DNA of 64,000 nt from a virus (IMGVR_UViG_3300035501_000173), one strand, 5' to 3'. Shown: positions 24,130-33,892, numbered from the stretch's first letter. The notes: a model not told the origin generated them from the letters alone. A program made the numbers and translations.

Positions 24130-26166
24130 TTAATGTATCCAATGATAACCGATTTCTGCTTCTGCTGGTATTGGAAGTTTCTTACATAGCGCCGCAGTTG
24201 CATTTTCCATACATTCCTTTAATTTACTAAAGGCAGCATCCGCAATTTCTTTAGGAGCCTCTACAACAGCTTCATCATGTACTAAATCACATAGTAATAC
24301 AGTTCCAAAATAATTATTTTCAAGTATCCATTTAAAATACAGACTCATAGCTAACTTTAAACAAGCTATTCCAGTACCTTGTGTAGGAGAATTAAGTGCC
24401 AATCTATCCCACTTAGAAGCTGCCATATTATGCTCTGCTAATTCTGTTAAAGAATACTCTCGAATTCTTACATATTCAGGTAGATCTTCGATTGCTCGCC
24501 ACTTCTTAAAGTCTTGCCAATATATTTTATGACCTGTATATTTACAAATAACTATATAACCATGAGTTCTTACAAAAGCAGAACCTTTAGCTTTAAAAGC
24601 TGCAATACCTTTAAAACCATCATTATAAGCAGCAGCAATCTCCTTAGCTTCTTGCATAGAACAACCTAAAGAATTGCTAATAGCTTTAGCAGAACCACCA
24701 AATTGTTGTGAAAACTCTACAGGTTTAGCCTTCTTTCTAAGATCAGGTCTCAGAGCTTTAATATCCTTTACTTCAATATTAGCTAAATCTTTTGGAAAAC
24801 ATGCTTTTGCAGTTAGAGAATGTATATCCCCACTACCATGTAAATACTCTTCAATCATTGCAGGTTCATTGTATATATCTGCACCTAGTCTACTTTCTAG
24901 TGCTGAATAATCACAAGAACACATTAGATTTCCAGGTTCACATACAAAGGAACTTCTAGTAGGTTCATCTGCTGGTAAGTTTTGTATTTGTACATAGCAA
25001 CATCTATCGGGAGATATATGCTTATATTTAGCTAAATCTGTGTTTTTAGACATTATACCACCTCCACAAGACATTCGTCCTGAGGAAGCACCTAATTGTT
25101 TAAATTGGGTATGTATACGTCCAGTAACAGGATTAATAGCATCTATATAAACTTTACCATAAGTAGAACAAACTTTTTGTGCACCTTTATAATCAAAATA
25201 GTGTTTAATAAAATCATCACATATTCCCTTCTGCTTAGACAGAACACCTTCCACTATAGAATCCTTTTTACCACCAGTAATTTTATCATCTACTTTGGTA
25301 TTAAATCCCAGTAAATGAACTAACTCCATTACTTGACTTGGACTATTCCAATTAATAGTAACAACAGGATCAAATTGGTCATTAAACATATTCATAGGAT
25401 CATAAGAAGTAAACTTTCTAAGAGCTTCTTTAGTTACTGATTCGTCGAGTAACCATTGATTAAGCTCCTTTAAAGATTTATTCATAGATTCTTCATCTAA
25501 TTGCATCTTATGTTCCCATTTAGTAACATCCAGTTTAATACCACACCATTCCAAATAAGCTATAACAGGTACAAAAGCATTTTCTAATTTAGCTGCATTT
25601 ATACAAGTTTTTTCTGAACACTCTGATAATTGTTGCTTATAAATATCTTCAAGATAAACAACATCTCCAGCAGCATATTTAATTACAGCGGGATCTAAAC
25701 CTCTCCAGATGATTTCACCTCTAGTGGTTTTATCAATGTCTACATTTAATCTTCTAAGAGCAACATCTTTAAGACTATATCTAAAGTAACGAACATCATA
25801 TCCTAGATGTAATAATTGTTCTACAATCATTGTATCCCAGCATTTTCTAGGAATGATTTTGAACTTGTATAGGAATTGAATATCAAACTTTAGATTATGC
25901 CCAATTAAGAATTTAGTTTCTAGAAGTGTTTTATAGCTTAATATATCTACAGTAGTGGTATCTACAACTATTTGAATATCAGCCTCTCTATTACCAAATT
26001 GTACACACAATATATCACATAAATGAGGATCTCTTCCTGAAGTTTCGGAATCAAATTGAACCGTACTCCAAGAAGAGATCATTTTTACAGAGTCTTCTAC
26101 ACTTAGTTTTTGGTATAAATCATCCTGCTTGAATAATTCGTCTTGTCTACTTACTAAGTATATCAT
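24130..26166 (-). CDS. DNA polymerase I-like (family A) with 3'-5' exonuclease domain.
   Basis: Exonuclease motifs QFDSETSG and LIGHNLKFDIQFL. Polymerase motif A DYSALESR, motif B RRKAKPVEFSQQFGG and motif C LVHDE. Confidence 0.9.
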   Translation of the reverse strand: MIYLVSRQDELFKQDDLYQKLSVEDSVKMISSWSTVQFDSETSGRDPHLCDILCVQFGNREADIQIVVDTTTVDILSYKTLLETKFLIGHNLKFDIQFLYKFKIIPRKCWDTMIVEQLLHLGYDVRYFRYSLKDVALRRLNVDIDKTTRGEIIWRGLDPAVIKYAAGDVVYLEDIYKQQLSECSEKTCINAAKLENAFVPVIAYLEWCGIKLDVTKWEHKMQLDEESMNKSLKELNQWLLDESVTKEALRKFTSYDPMNMFNDQFDPVVTINWNSPSQVMELVHLLGFNTKVDDKITGGKKDSIVEGVLSKQKGICDDFIKHYFDYKGAQKVCSTYGKVYIDAINPVTGRIHTQFKQLGASSGRMSCGGGIMSKNTDLAKYKHISPDRCCYVQIQNLPADEPTRSSFVCEPGNLMCSCDYSALESRLGADIYNEPAMIEEYLHGSGDIHSLTAKACFPKDLANIEVKDIKALRPDLRKKAKPVEFSQQFGGSAKAISNSLGCSMQEAKEIAAAYNDGFKGIAAFKAKGSAFVRTHGYIVICKYTGHKIYWQDFKKWRAIEDLPEYVRIREYSLTELAEHNMAASKWDRLALNSPTQGTGIACLKLAMSLYFKWILENNYFGTVLLCDLVHDEAVVEAPKEIADAAFSKLKECMENATAALCKKLPIPAEAEIGYHWIH

Positions 26167-26438
26167 TTATTTGAATACATTAAAGTGTCAGTCCATTCAC
26201 CCCATTTATAAACTTCAAATGTAGGTAAATTATCACCTTCATATTTTAACTCAGTTTCTGGTAAATATTCATACTCACTTATTTCATATGATATACCTTC
26301 TGACATTAGACAATCTTCAAAATCATATAAAGCTTTACATTCTTTAGCGATTTCTTTGATCTTTTCTTCTGTTACATCATCAACATCAATTTCAACTCGC
26401 TTCCAGATTTCTACCTTTTCATCAACACATATTTTCAT
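26163..26438 (-). CDS. Hypothetical acidic protein.
   Basis: ORF of 91 aa with an ATGA overlap. Confidence 0.45.
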   Translation of the reverse strand: MKICVDEKVEIWKRVEIDVDDVTEEKIKEIAKECKALYDFEDCLMSEGISYEISEYEYLPETELKYEGDNLPTFEVYKWGEWTDTLMYSNK

Positions 26439-26697
26439 CCAAGTACTCTTTTAACGAATCCATAATAGTATTAATAATATCCCAGTAATCATCATCCGAT
26501 ATATCATAATAATCCTCTATAATTTCAGCTAAATAAAAATCACTATTATTATCAAGTTCATTTATAATAGATTTTTTACTTATTTCTGTACCATTATTGT
26601 CTAGTTCTTCTGTTATTCTATTAACCAATTTAGCTAAATCAATAATTGCAGATGTATAAACAAGGACAGAATAATCAACTATAATTTCAGATTTCAT
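26422..26697 (-). CDS. Hypothetical acidic protein.
   Basis: ORF of 91 aa. Confidence 0.45.
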   Translation of the reverse strand: MKSEIIVDYSVLVYTSAIIDLAKLVNRITEELDNNGTEISKKSIINELDNNSDFYLAEIIEDYYDISDDDYWDIINTIMDSLKEYLDENMC

Positions 26698-26714
26698 AAT
26701 AATTTAATTTTAAT

Positions 26715-27020
26715 TTATACTTCAAAACATTGTTCTGGTAACCAATGACCATTCTTAAATACATTACAAGCAAAGTAATCATCCCCAGGCTCTTCTGATA
26801 AACACCTAAAATAAATATCTTTAGTGCCTTCTGGGATAGCATCAAGAACTCTTTCTGGAAAATCCCAATTAGAGCAAAATTCGCCTTCTATAAAGTTTAA
26901 ACTTTCATCCTCAAATGTAATTTCGTAATAAGCTAAGGATAAATCTTCAAAAGTTTGTTTCCATTGAGCTATATTTTCACTTTCTAGATAAAATCTATTT
27001 GTACATATATTTGCCATCAT
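26715..27020 (-). CDS. Hypothetical protein.
   Basis: ORF of 101 aa. Confidence 0.45.
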   Translation of the reverse strand: MMANICTNRFYLESENIAQWKQTFEDLSLAYYEITFEDESLNFIEGEFCSNWDFPERVLDAIPEGTKDIYFRCLSEEPGDDYFACNVFKNGHWLPEQCFEV

Positions 27021-27253
27021 TTTACTATTTTATAAGTTACATTTTCTTCATTCCAACCTTCTAAATCAGTTCCTGATATACCAATACCTCTAGACTGTAG
27101 AAACTTTATTAAAGTATTTATTATGTCTTTAGGCTTTTGTATATTTTCAGAATATCTCTTTAAAAAGTCTTCATCCGATTCTCCTTCATTTTGTTCAAAA
27201 TAAAGGGTTCTATTCATATTCAAGCTTACTTGAATTCCTTTATACATACTCAT
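27017..27253 (-). CDS. Hypothetical protein.
   Basis: ORF of 78 aa. Confidence 0.4.
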   Translation of the reverse strand: MSMYKGIQVSLNMNRTLYFEQNEGESDEDFLKRYSENIQKPKDIINTLIKFLQSRGIGISGTDLEGWNEENVTYKIVK

Positions 27254-28110
27254 AACAACGCTTCAAATTTAGTTCTGTCTTTAGTTTGAAAATCCTTAAT
27301 AAGTTTATGATGAATTTGTCTAATCCTCTCAGAACTTAATGCAAACTTACGGGATATTTCATTATAATCCATTTCATTACACCCTTTAAGACCATACAGC
27401 ATACAAATAATATCATGGTCACGACTACTTAATTTCTCAAGTATTTGCGATATTCTATCTGCGATATAATTATTATTAGTAATAGCTTCTGGATTATCTG
27501 AAATTGGATTAGGAATGCAATCTCCAATAGTGCAATCTTCTGAATCATCAATACTAGGAGCATCAATACTTACACAGTTATTTGTAGAAGTTTGTACATC
27601 TCTAATCATATCCTCGGTAAATCCTGATAATTCTGAAAGTTCTTCAACAGAAGGCTCACGTTCATTTAACTGCTTAAACTTAGCTGTTAATTTATTTAGC
27701 TTAGTTTTAGGTTCTATTTGAGAAGTCGGAAGTCTTACATTATTTCCTGTATAATAAATAGATTTTAATATAGCTTGTCTAATCCACCATACAGCATAAG
27801 AAATAAATCGAAAGCCTCTTCTTTCATCAAACTTTGTAGCTGCTACAACCATTCCAGCATTTCCCTCAGCAACTAAGTCTTCCAAAGGAACACCTCTACC
27901 TTGATACTGTTTAGCAACAGTAATAACAAATCGAAGATTGGCAGATACTAATTTATTAAGAGCATTCTTATCACCCTCTCTAATTCTTTTAGCTAATTCA
28001 CACTCCTCTTCTTTACTAATCATTTCAATATGACTTACATCTTTTAAATACATATTAAAAGATTCCGTATTTCTAGGGGTGATACTTTTAGTTATATTAA
28101 TAGCTTTCAT
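27250..28110 (-). CDS. Sigma-70 family RNA polymerase sigma factor, phage-encoded.
   Basis: Region 2 reads LEDLVAEGNAGMVVAATKFDERRGFRFISYAVWWIRQAI and region 1.2/2.1 reads EEECELAKRIREGDKNALNKLVSANLRFVITVAKQY. The C-terminal region 4 helix-turn-helix reads MDYNEISRKFALSSERIRQIHHKLIKDF. Confidence 0.85.
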   Translation of the reverse strand: MKAINITKSITPRNTESFNMYLKDVSHIEMISKEEECELAKRIREGDKNALNKLVSANLRFVITVAKQYQGRGVPLEDLVAEGNAGMVVAATKFDERRGFRFISYAVWWIRQAILKSIYYTGNNVRLPTSQIEPKTKLNKLTAKFKQLNEREPSVEELSELSGFTEDMIRDVQTSTNNCVSIDAPSIDDSEDCTIGDCIPNPISDNPEAITNNNYIADRISQILEKLSSRDHDIICMLYGLKGCNEMDYNEISRKFALSSERIRQIHHKLIKDFQTKDRTKFEALL

Positions 28111-28355
28111 TCGTTCCTATAAATTTTAGTAGTATGCCAATTATTTTTACGATATGTGTCACGTACTTGTTCTATATAATCTCTAGCTAGTGCTACACTT
28201 GCAAATTCACGTGTGCGAAGGCAAGCTGGTATATCATACGGAGTTGGGGTACACTCAAGTTTCCAACCATTCCAATGGTGACGCTCTACTAAATAACGAG
28301 CGTCACCATTATCATTTACTTGTCTAAGTATTCTAAATTTAAGCATTATCCTCAA
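28107..28355 (-). CDS. Hypothetical protein.
   Basis: ORF of 82 aa overlapping both neighbours. Confidence 0.4.
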   Translation of the reverse strand: MRIMLKFRILRQVNDNGDARYLVERHHWNGWKLECTPTPYDIPACLRTREFASVALARDYIEQVRDTYRKNNWHTTKIYRNE

Positions 28356-29715
28356 TATTTACAGAATTGTCAGCAAGTTCTTGTTTAACAAAAGCAAAAC
28401 ATTTTAACTTAAAAGCTTCAGAACGCATATTTTCTACCTTAATAACTAGTCCTTCATGAGGAACTTTATTATTACAACTAGGTGAAGGTTCTTCCATATA
28501 AAAATCTTTGTTATTAGTGAGGAAATTTATAAAATTCTCACAATAACTTAGATTATCATCATAGCCATTCATACCCCAAGTAAGCTTACCAGCTTCTCCG
28601 TAGTAATATTCAGTTACTGGAATTAAACCATTATTCTTACACCATTGTTGTACTTCTTTAGCAGAAAACTCATGTACTTTACCATCCTCATTAGTTAAAG
28701 TAATTCTATATACTCGTACTTTAAAGTTTATTTCTGGTTCGAATGATACTTTACCATTTTCATCAGTTTTTGGAGGGCAACATCCATAATCATAATTCTT
28801 CTGAATGAAATTACCATTAGGTAAGTATCCAACTATCTCGTAATATAAGGACATACCTTTCCAGAGTTTGTCTTTAACATACTCATGTGCATACTTCCAT
28901 ATATCACAAGTTTCTTCAACACCTTGATATCTATTCTTAATTACATTCTTAGAAGAATATAAATATTCATAGCTTCTCCAGTTAATACACCAATCACCTA
29001 TTGTATTAGATAACCAGTTTATTAGCTTATCTCGCCAAGATAACTTGCTCTTACAAAGTAAATATGCTGACACTCCGCTAGTACCATGAATTTTCTCAGT
29101 AATACTAACTATATCATCATAATTTACTACATAAGGACATTTTTTAATAAGGACTGTTTGATAGTGTAGTCTAAATTGTCCATCAAGGAGGAGGTCAAAT
29201 CCTCCGGAATCCTTAACTTCTTTAAATTTAGATACTTGTACTTGGTTTCTTGCTTTCTTACATATCCAGATTGATCCTCCTTTAAATTCGATTGTGTCGA
29301 ATTCTTTGTTTTCGTCTTTACTTGACTCATAATCACTTATAGTTGTATAATTTTGTAACCATTCTAAGAGTATCTTATACTCTATTAAAAAGCCTTCTGA
29401 AACTAAACCCTTCAATTTAATAGCAGTTACTTTACCATTATCCTCAAAGAATCCTTTCTTACTAGTATCTGCATTAAGATTAGAATGCCTATACAAGTTT
29501 GTAAATTTCAGAAAATCAGGATTAATAGTAGATAAAGTTGGAAAATATACATACAAACCAGTAGGAGAATCAACACTAACAATAACTCTATAACCATCAA
29601 CAGTAGCAACCTTTAATTTAGTTACTTCGGGATTTGGATGATTAGAAAATTCTGTAATGTTAATAATCTTAGCAAGATAGTTAATATCTGCATTAGTACT
29701 TTTTATTAATTCCAT
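28339..29715 (-). CDS. Rnl2-family RNA ligase with an N-terminal extension domain.
   Basis: Nucleotidyltransferase motif I EKIHGTSGV, the KxHG form specific to the Rnl2 family. Motif IV reads HEGLVIKVE and motif V reads KLKCFAFVK. Confidence 0.55.
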   Translation of the reverse strand: MELIKSTNADINYLAKIINITEFSNHPNPEVTKLKVATVDGYRVIVSVDSPTGLYVYFPTLSTINPDFLKFTNLYRHSNLNADTSKKGFFEDNGKVTAIKLKGLVSEGFLIEYKILLEWLQNYTTISDYESSKDENKEFDTIEFKGGSIWICKKARNQVQVSKFKEVKDSGGFDLLLDGQFRLHYQTVLIKKCPYVVNYDDIVSITEKIHGTSGVSAYLLCKSKLSWRDKLINWLSNTIGDWCINWRSYEYLYSSKNVIKNRYQGVEETCDIWKYAHEYVKDKLWKGMSLYYEIVGYLPNGNFIQKNYDYGCCPPKTDENGKVSFEPEINFKVRVYRITLTNEDGKVHEFSAKEVQQWCKNNGLIPVTEYYYGEAGKLTWGMNGYDDNLSYCENFINFLTNNKDFYMEEPSPSCNNKVPHEGLVIKVENMRSEAFKLKCFAFVKQELADNSVNIEDNA

Positions 29716-29717
29716 AT

Positions 29718-30032
29718 TTACCCTTTATTTTCAAAGCAAAGATTATCTAGATTATAAGACGCTAAAGTATTAAACCAAGCCATATAACTTTCATCTTCCA
29801 ATTCTTCTGGAGTTAGTTTATTAACATTTATGTTAACCCAATAATCATCGTTACCTTCTAAATCCTCGTACATCCCATATTCATCATGTGCATCGTCTAA
29901 GAATTCGTCTGGATTAATATTTAACCTCTCAGTGTGTTCATCTTCTGTCATTTCAGATTCAGAATAACCTGCATAGTGTAAACTAAAACGATCATCACCG
30001 TTCAGTTCAGATGTAATAAGAAATTTATTCAT
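29718..30032 (-). CDS. Hypothetical acidic protein.
   Basis: ORF of 104 aa. Confidence 0.45.
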   Translation of the reverse strand: MNKFLITSELNGDDRFSLHYAGYSESEMTEDEHTERLNINPDEFLDDAHDEYGMYEDLEGNDDYWVNINVNKLTPEELEDESYMAWFNTLASYNLDNLCFENKG

Positions 30033-31224
30033 AATCTCTAATAGATTTTAATACTGGTTGTAATGGAGTACCAGCATCTGAGTAATAAAAATACTTTACA
30101 GTAGCCATTTTACCAATCAATTTATCTAAATTATCACGATATTGTTGCTTAATTTCTCTAGAACCCATAGGTTTTGCTTTAAATGGGATTCCATCGGAAG
30201 TTATTAGCTCAAAACACATATCTTCATCACGAAGACCTTCAGATAATCCTACAATCTCGTATTCAGAATCAAAATAATGCTTGATTTTTATCATATCATT
30301 CGTGCGACCATTAGGTCTATACACTTTTTCAGGATCTCTGATAACAAGACCTTCCCAACCTTCACTTACGTATTGATCGTGTAGTTTATTCATATTATTC
30401 CAGCCAGTAACTTGTACATGAGGAACAAATTGAATAGGTAATTCACCTTCTTCAAAGTCGTAATCAGGTTGAAATTGTAAATTAAGTGTATCTCGGATTT
30501 CCATTAGAACTTTTAGACGCTCTTTAAATGTCTTAGTAGTATCTACAATATCATACAAATAATATTGTAACCAATCCATATCATAAGCATTCTTTTCCAT
30601 TCTAGCGGCACCACTAATCTGCTGCAACGACTTGCCATGTCTATATAATTCTCCGTCTAAAATTAAATTAGGATGTTCAGTAAACAATTTAACTAATCCA
30701 GGATTTTCTGTAATATGATGAGTAGAGTAATCGTAATGCTCTCCGCCTCTGGAAGCAGTATGTATAGCCCCATCTCGGAAGTACATGAGCATTCTAACAC
30801 CATCAATCTTTCTTGAAGCATACCAAACTTTATTATAGATTTTTTGATTAGTCACTTTATCAGCTTGCTTAGCAAGCATAGGTTTCATAACCCCAGCTTG
30901 ATTAGTAGCTTGATCTCCAACAATTTCACGTAATTGATCTGAAGTGTAAGTATCTGGATCATCATCTAGTTCTTTATAACCTTTATCCTTATACTCCTTG
31001 AGTTTAGAATTAAACTGAAGTCTGGCTTGTTCTGTAACAGTTCTATTAGCTTTACCGCAAGTAATTGTAATAGGAGGTTGTTCTGTTAGTTTACCACCAA
31101 ATATTCCCGTAGTTCTATTTAGAATAAATCCATGAACGTCGTCATCCCAATGAACTTCAAGTTGTACTTGTCTTATTTTATTCTTTGAGTCTATAGATAC
31201 TAAATATTTATTAAGTTGATCCAT
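30025..31224 (-). CDS. ATP-dependent DNA ligase.
   Basis: Motif I KIDGVR, motif III LILDGELY, motif IV EGLVIRD and motif V MIKIK. Confidence 0.75.
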   Translation of the reverse strand: MDQLNKYLVSIDSKNKIRQVQLEVHWDDDVHGFILNRTTGIFGGKLTEQPPITITCGKANRTVTEQARLQFNSKLKEYKDKGYKELDDDPDTYTSDQLREIVGDQATNQAGVMKPMLAKQADKVTNQKIYNKVWYASRKIDGVRMLMYFRDGAIHTASRGGEHYDYSTHHITENPGLVKLFTEHPNLILDGELYRHGKSLQQISGAARMEKNAYDMDWLQYYLYDIVDTTKTFKERLKVLMEIRDTLNLQFQPDYDFEEGELPIQFVPHVQVTGWNNMNKLHDQYVSEGWEGLVIRDPEKVYRPNGRTNDMIKIKHYFDSEYEIVGLSEGLRDEDMCFELITSDGIPFKAKPMGSREIKQQYRDNLDKLIGKMATVKYFYYSDAGTPLQPVLKSIRDYE

Positions 31225-31235
31225 TATAAAATACT

Positions 31236-31544
31236 TTATGATTCTGATTCTTTTGTATCTTGTTCGTATACAGACTTAGGTACTAGTTCTATGCCGTTAC
31301 CTGTAAAATCTTTTGGCAAATAAGTAAAGAATACACCTATCTTACCCTTTTGAGCAATATCAAGTATATTCTTCTTATTTTCATCAGATAAATAGCCTTC
31401 TACTAATATAGAATAAGCAGTACGTTCTTTAATAAAGCGTTCACCTACATAAGATGTTACAGCTTTAATACAATCTGGTATTAGATCAAAGGCGTCCGTA
31501 GCTCCCGCTACGAACACCACTTGAATAAATACTAAATCACTCAT
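31236..31544 (-). CDS. Hypothetical protein. Start trimmed to the internal Met (MSDLVF…), which has an ATGA overlap with the upstream gene.
   Basis: Track ORF 31236..31682 overlaps 31537..31794. The N-terminal 46 aa look like out-of-frame read-through. Confidence 0.4.
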   Translation of the reverse strand: MSDLVFIQVVFVAGATDAFDLIPDCIKAVTSYVGERFIKERTAYSILVEGYLSDENKKNILDIAQKGKIGVFFTYLPKDFTGNGIELVPKSVYEQDTKESES

Positions 31545-31794
31545 CCAATTCGTCTTCATCATAATCACCCGGTGTACCACTTTCGTCACTATACCAATCA
31601 TAATCGTAGAAAACTTTAGCATCATTGTTAAGCTCTTTACAAGAAATCCAGATGTTAGGTTTTCCAGCGTTATTACTAACAAAATTATTAATTACTTGTT
31701 TCATTTCTCTTTCAGCATCATCCTTATCAGTGGTAATGTACAAGGGGTTAGGCTCCCCATGAAACATAATTTGAACTGTATATAAAGTCATCAT
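31537..31794 (-). CDS. Hypothetical acidic protein.
   Basis: ORF of 85 aa with an acidic C-terminus. Confidence 0.45.
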   Translation of the reverse strand: MMTLYTVQIMFHGEPNPLYITTDKDDAEREMKQVINNFVSNNAGKPNIWISCKELNNDAKVFYDYDWYSDESGTPGDYDEDELDE

Positions 31795-31824
31795 AATTTT
31801 AAATTTTATTAAATTAATCTTTTA

Positions 31825-32028
31825 TTACCAATCATAACTTTTAATATTTTTATTTACTTTATGGTACTTAAAATTATGGTTAGCAATTATACATTCTAAT
31901 AAATAATTTTCAACATCTCCATCTCTAAGATAAAAATTAATAATATTAAATATATAATCTTTATTTTTAGAGTTGAAATGTTGACCTGTAGAATGTATAA
32001 ATTGATAAAAGAAATCTTCTGCCGTCAT
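31825..32028 (-). CDS. Hypothetical protein.
   Basis: ORF of 67 aa. Confidence 0.35.
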   Translation of the reverse strand: MTAEDFFYQFIHSTGQHFNSKNKDYIFNIINFYLRDGDVENYLLECIIANHNFKYHKVNKNIKSYDW

Positions 32029-32213
32029 TTATCCCCAGTATGTCCGAAACCTCCAGCACCTCTTGTAGTTTCATCAAGTGAATTTACAGGAACCCACTGA
32101 ATCTTAGAAACTTGCTCTAAAGTAATTTGAGCTATACGATCTCCATGACGTACTACAAAATTATTATCAGGATCAGTATTTATTAAAATAACTCCAATTT
32201 CACCGCGATAATC
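32025..32213 (-). CDS. dut: dUTPase, exon 2 (motifs 3-5: DYRGE, GDRIAQ, RGAGGFGHTG).
   Basis: The C-terminal dUTPase motifs are present. This fragment lies in the same frame as exon 1 and is separated from it by a 1.09-kb insert. Confidence 0.7.
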   Translation of the reverse strand, partial: DYRGEIGVILINTDPDNNFVVRHGDRIAQITLEQVSKIQWVPVNSLDETTRGAGGFGHTGDK

Positions 32214-33305
32214 CATTTATGTTATCCTAAAGACTCTTTATTCTTTAGTTCTGCAGTTTCATTAGTTATATCTGCAGGTCGGACTATATCTTCTCCAACA
32301 ATATTTATAATTTGTTGGAGCAGGGCACTCGTGGTAGCATTACTATCCTCGCTAAGGACTCGGCTACTAGTCTCTGAACCTTCAAGAGTATTACTACTCA
32401 AGCTTGGCTGCTGATTGTCCACCTCTGGAGTTTCCAGCAATTCACCCTGTTTTAAGACGCCAATTATCGCTTTATATTTTTCAGATCGTTCATGTGCTTT
32501 AGTATTATGGTATGTAGTATGTTCAGAACGTGTTAGTATTTGAAGATTTTCTAAACGATTGTCTGTTTTTATTTCATTTATATGATGCACATCATATTCA
32601 TCTTTTAGAACAATCCATCCATTAACATTCTCAAAATACTTAGGATCAAACTTATCATGATTTCTTTCAATTACTAATCTATGCTGTCTAACTCTAGATC
32701 CTTGAACACTTTTATCACAGGGTTTTGGATGTCCTGGACAATACTCTAACACGTAACCTAAATTAGAAATTGTTTCTTTACCCTTAAAACTTGCATTTTT
32801 ATCACCAGTAAGTCCATATTGATGATTATTTTCTCCTAAATATGTAGTTTCTCTTAATTTGTTACTACATTCTTTACTACAACAAATTTGCGTTTTAACT
32901 TTTTTTATTCTACTAGGTTTCGCATAGAATTGGTTACCGCAAATAGGGCAAGTACAATTTAACTCAGTCTTTTTTCTAAATAAAGCTGAGCAAGTAGTGC
33001 TACAACATTGATAGGTCTTTGCACGACTCGGAGTAACGTATTCTATTTTACCACAATAAGCACATATTACTTCTATTTTATCTACAGCATTCTTTTCATT
33101 CGGTTTTCCTTTACTGTGTTCATCCGAACATTGTTTACAACAATATTTTCGATGAGCACTTTTCTTTCCTAAGAAAGTTTTTCCACAATTTAAACAAATA
33201 TATTCTACCATACTAATTTTTTTAATATGGTTAAATATAGACAATTTTATTGGAATAACCTAATAAAAATAATAAATTGTGTAGTAACTGTTAATATATA
33301 ATTTT
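32214..33305 (-). mobile_element. Group I intron (~1,092 nt) interrupting dut and carrying an HNH homing endonuclease ORF.
   Basis: dUTPase is split exactly inside motif 3 (…TPGCIDA | DYRGE…). Exon 1 ends in U (GCU), the insert ends in G, and the internal ORF is in a different frame. A stop follows AKIIY immediately after the junction. Confidence 0.6.
32222..33244 (-). CDS. HNH homing endonuclease with N-terminal Cys-rich zinc-ribbon repeats, encoded within the intron.
   Basis: HNH motif HHINEIKTDNRLENLQILTRSEHTTYHN. There are multiple CxxC pairs at the N-terminus. Confidence 0.75.
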   Translation of the reverse strand: MSIFNHIKKISMVEYICLNCGKTFLGKKSAHRKYCCKQCSDEHSKGKPNEKNAVDKIEVICAYCGKIEYVTPSRAKTYQCCSTTCSALFRKKTELNCTCPICGNQFYAKPSRIKKVKTQICCSKECSNKLRETTYLGENNHQYGLTGDKNASFKGKETISNLGYVLEYCPGHPKPCDKSVQGSRVRQHRLVIERNHDKFDPKYFENVNGWIVLKDEYDVHHINEIKTDNRLENLQILTRSEHTTYHNTKAHERSEKYKAIIGVLKQGELLETPEVDNQQPSLSSNTLEGSETSSRVLSEDSNATTSALLQQIINIVGEDIVRPADITNETAELKNKESLG

Positions 33306-33635
33306 AGCGTCTATACAACCTGGCGTGTTAAGAACAGTTATACCGTGTTTAAGAGCTAATCCGCTACGAGGTCTTACTTTTATTTCATAACCTTCTGGAA
33401 TTGCAACGAATAAACCAGTAGGAATAAGTGCTCTACCTCCGGGACGGATAACCACAGCACCACCTTCTGTATAAAATTGATTATCTAAGATACAATCAAC
33501 TCCTTTAACATTAAGTATTCCATGAATATCTGCTCGCACATCCATACCAGCAGAACCATCGGTTTCATAACTAGGAAGTGGATTATTCCATTGTTCATCA
33601 TAATATTGCTTTTGCTTTACTTTTACTTCTACCAT
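33306..33635 (-). CDS. dut: dUTPase, exon 1 (motifs 1-3: [38 protein letters not shown]).
   Basis: N-terminal dUTPase motifs. The track ORF 33291..33635 reads 15 nt into the intron before its stop. Confidence 0.7.
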
Positions 33636-33640
33636 TTTAT

Positions 33641-33892
33641 TTAAGCATTAAAAGTCCATAAATACAAACCTAACCACACAAAAAGACACCCGATTAATAC
33701 AGTTAGCACTTTAAAAGTTTGTACAAACCAAGACATCTCTTCTGGATTACGTTTTATATATTCCCAAATTTCCGGATATTTGTTGTCCGTATCTAATTTC
33801 GCTATATCATCAATACTCATGTTACATACATTAACAGTCATACGTACATACCAGAATATTATAAACAAACCTAAGATTCGTATAACTAACAT
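33641..33892 (-). CDS. Small membrane protein with 2 transmembrane segments.
   Basis: ORF of 83 aa with two hydrophobic helices. Confidence 0.45.
   Translation of the reverse strand: MLVIRILGLFIIFWYVRMTVNVCNMSIDDIAKLDTDNKYPEIWEYIKRNPEEMSWFVQTFKVLTVLIGCLFVWLGLYLWTFNA

Noticed and set aside
31236-31682. Full-length 148-aa ORF overlapping 31537-31794.
   Set aside because: Its N-terminal 46 aa overlap the upstream gene out of frame and look non-protein-like. It was trimmed to the internal ATG with an ATGA junction.
32025-33635. Intein, rather than an intron, in dUTPase, since the two exons are in the same frame.
   Set aside because: The intervening ORF is in a different frame. A stop codon follows 15 nt after the junction. 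The boundaries fit the group I rule of U at the exon end and G at the intron end.
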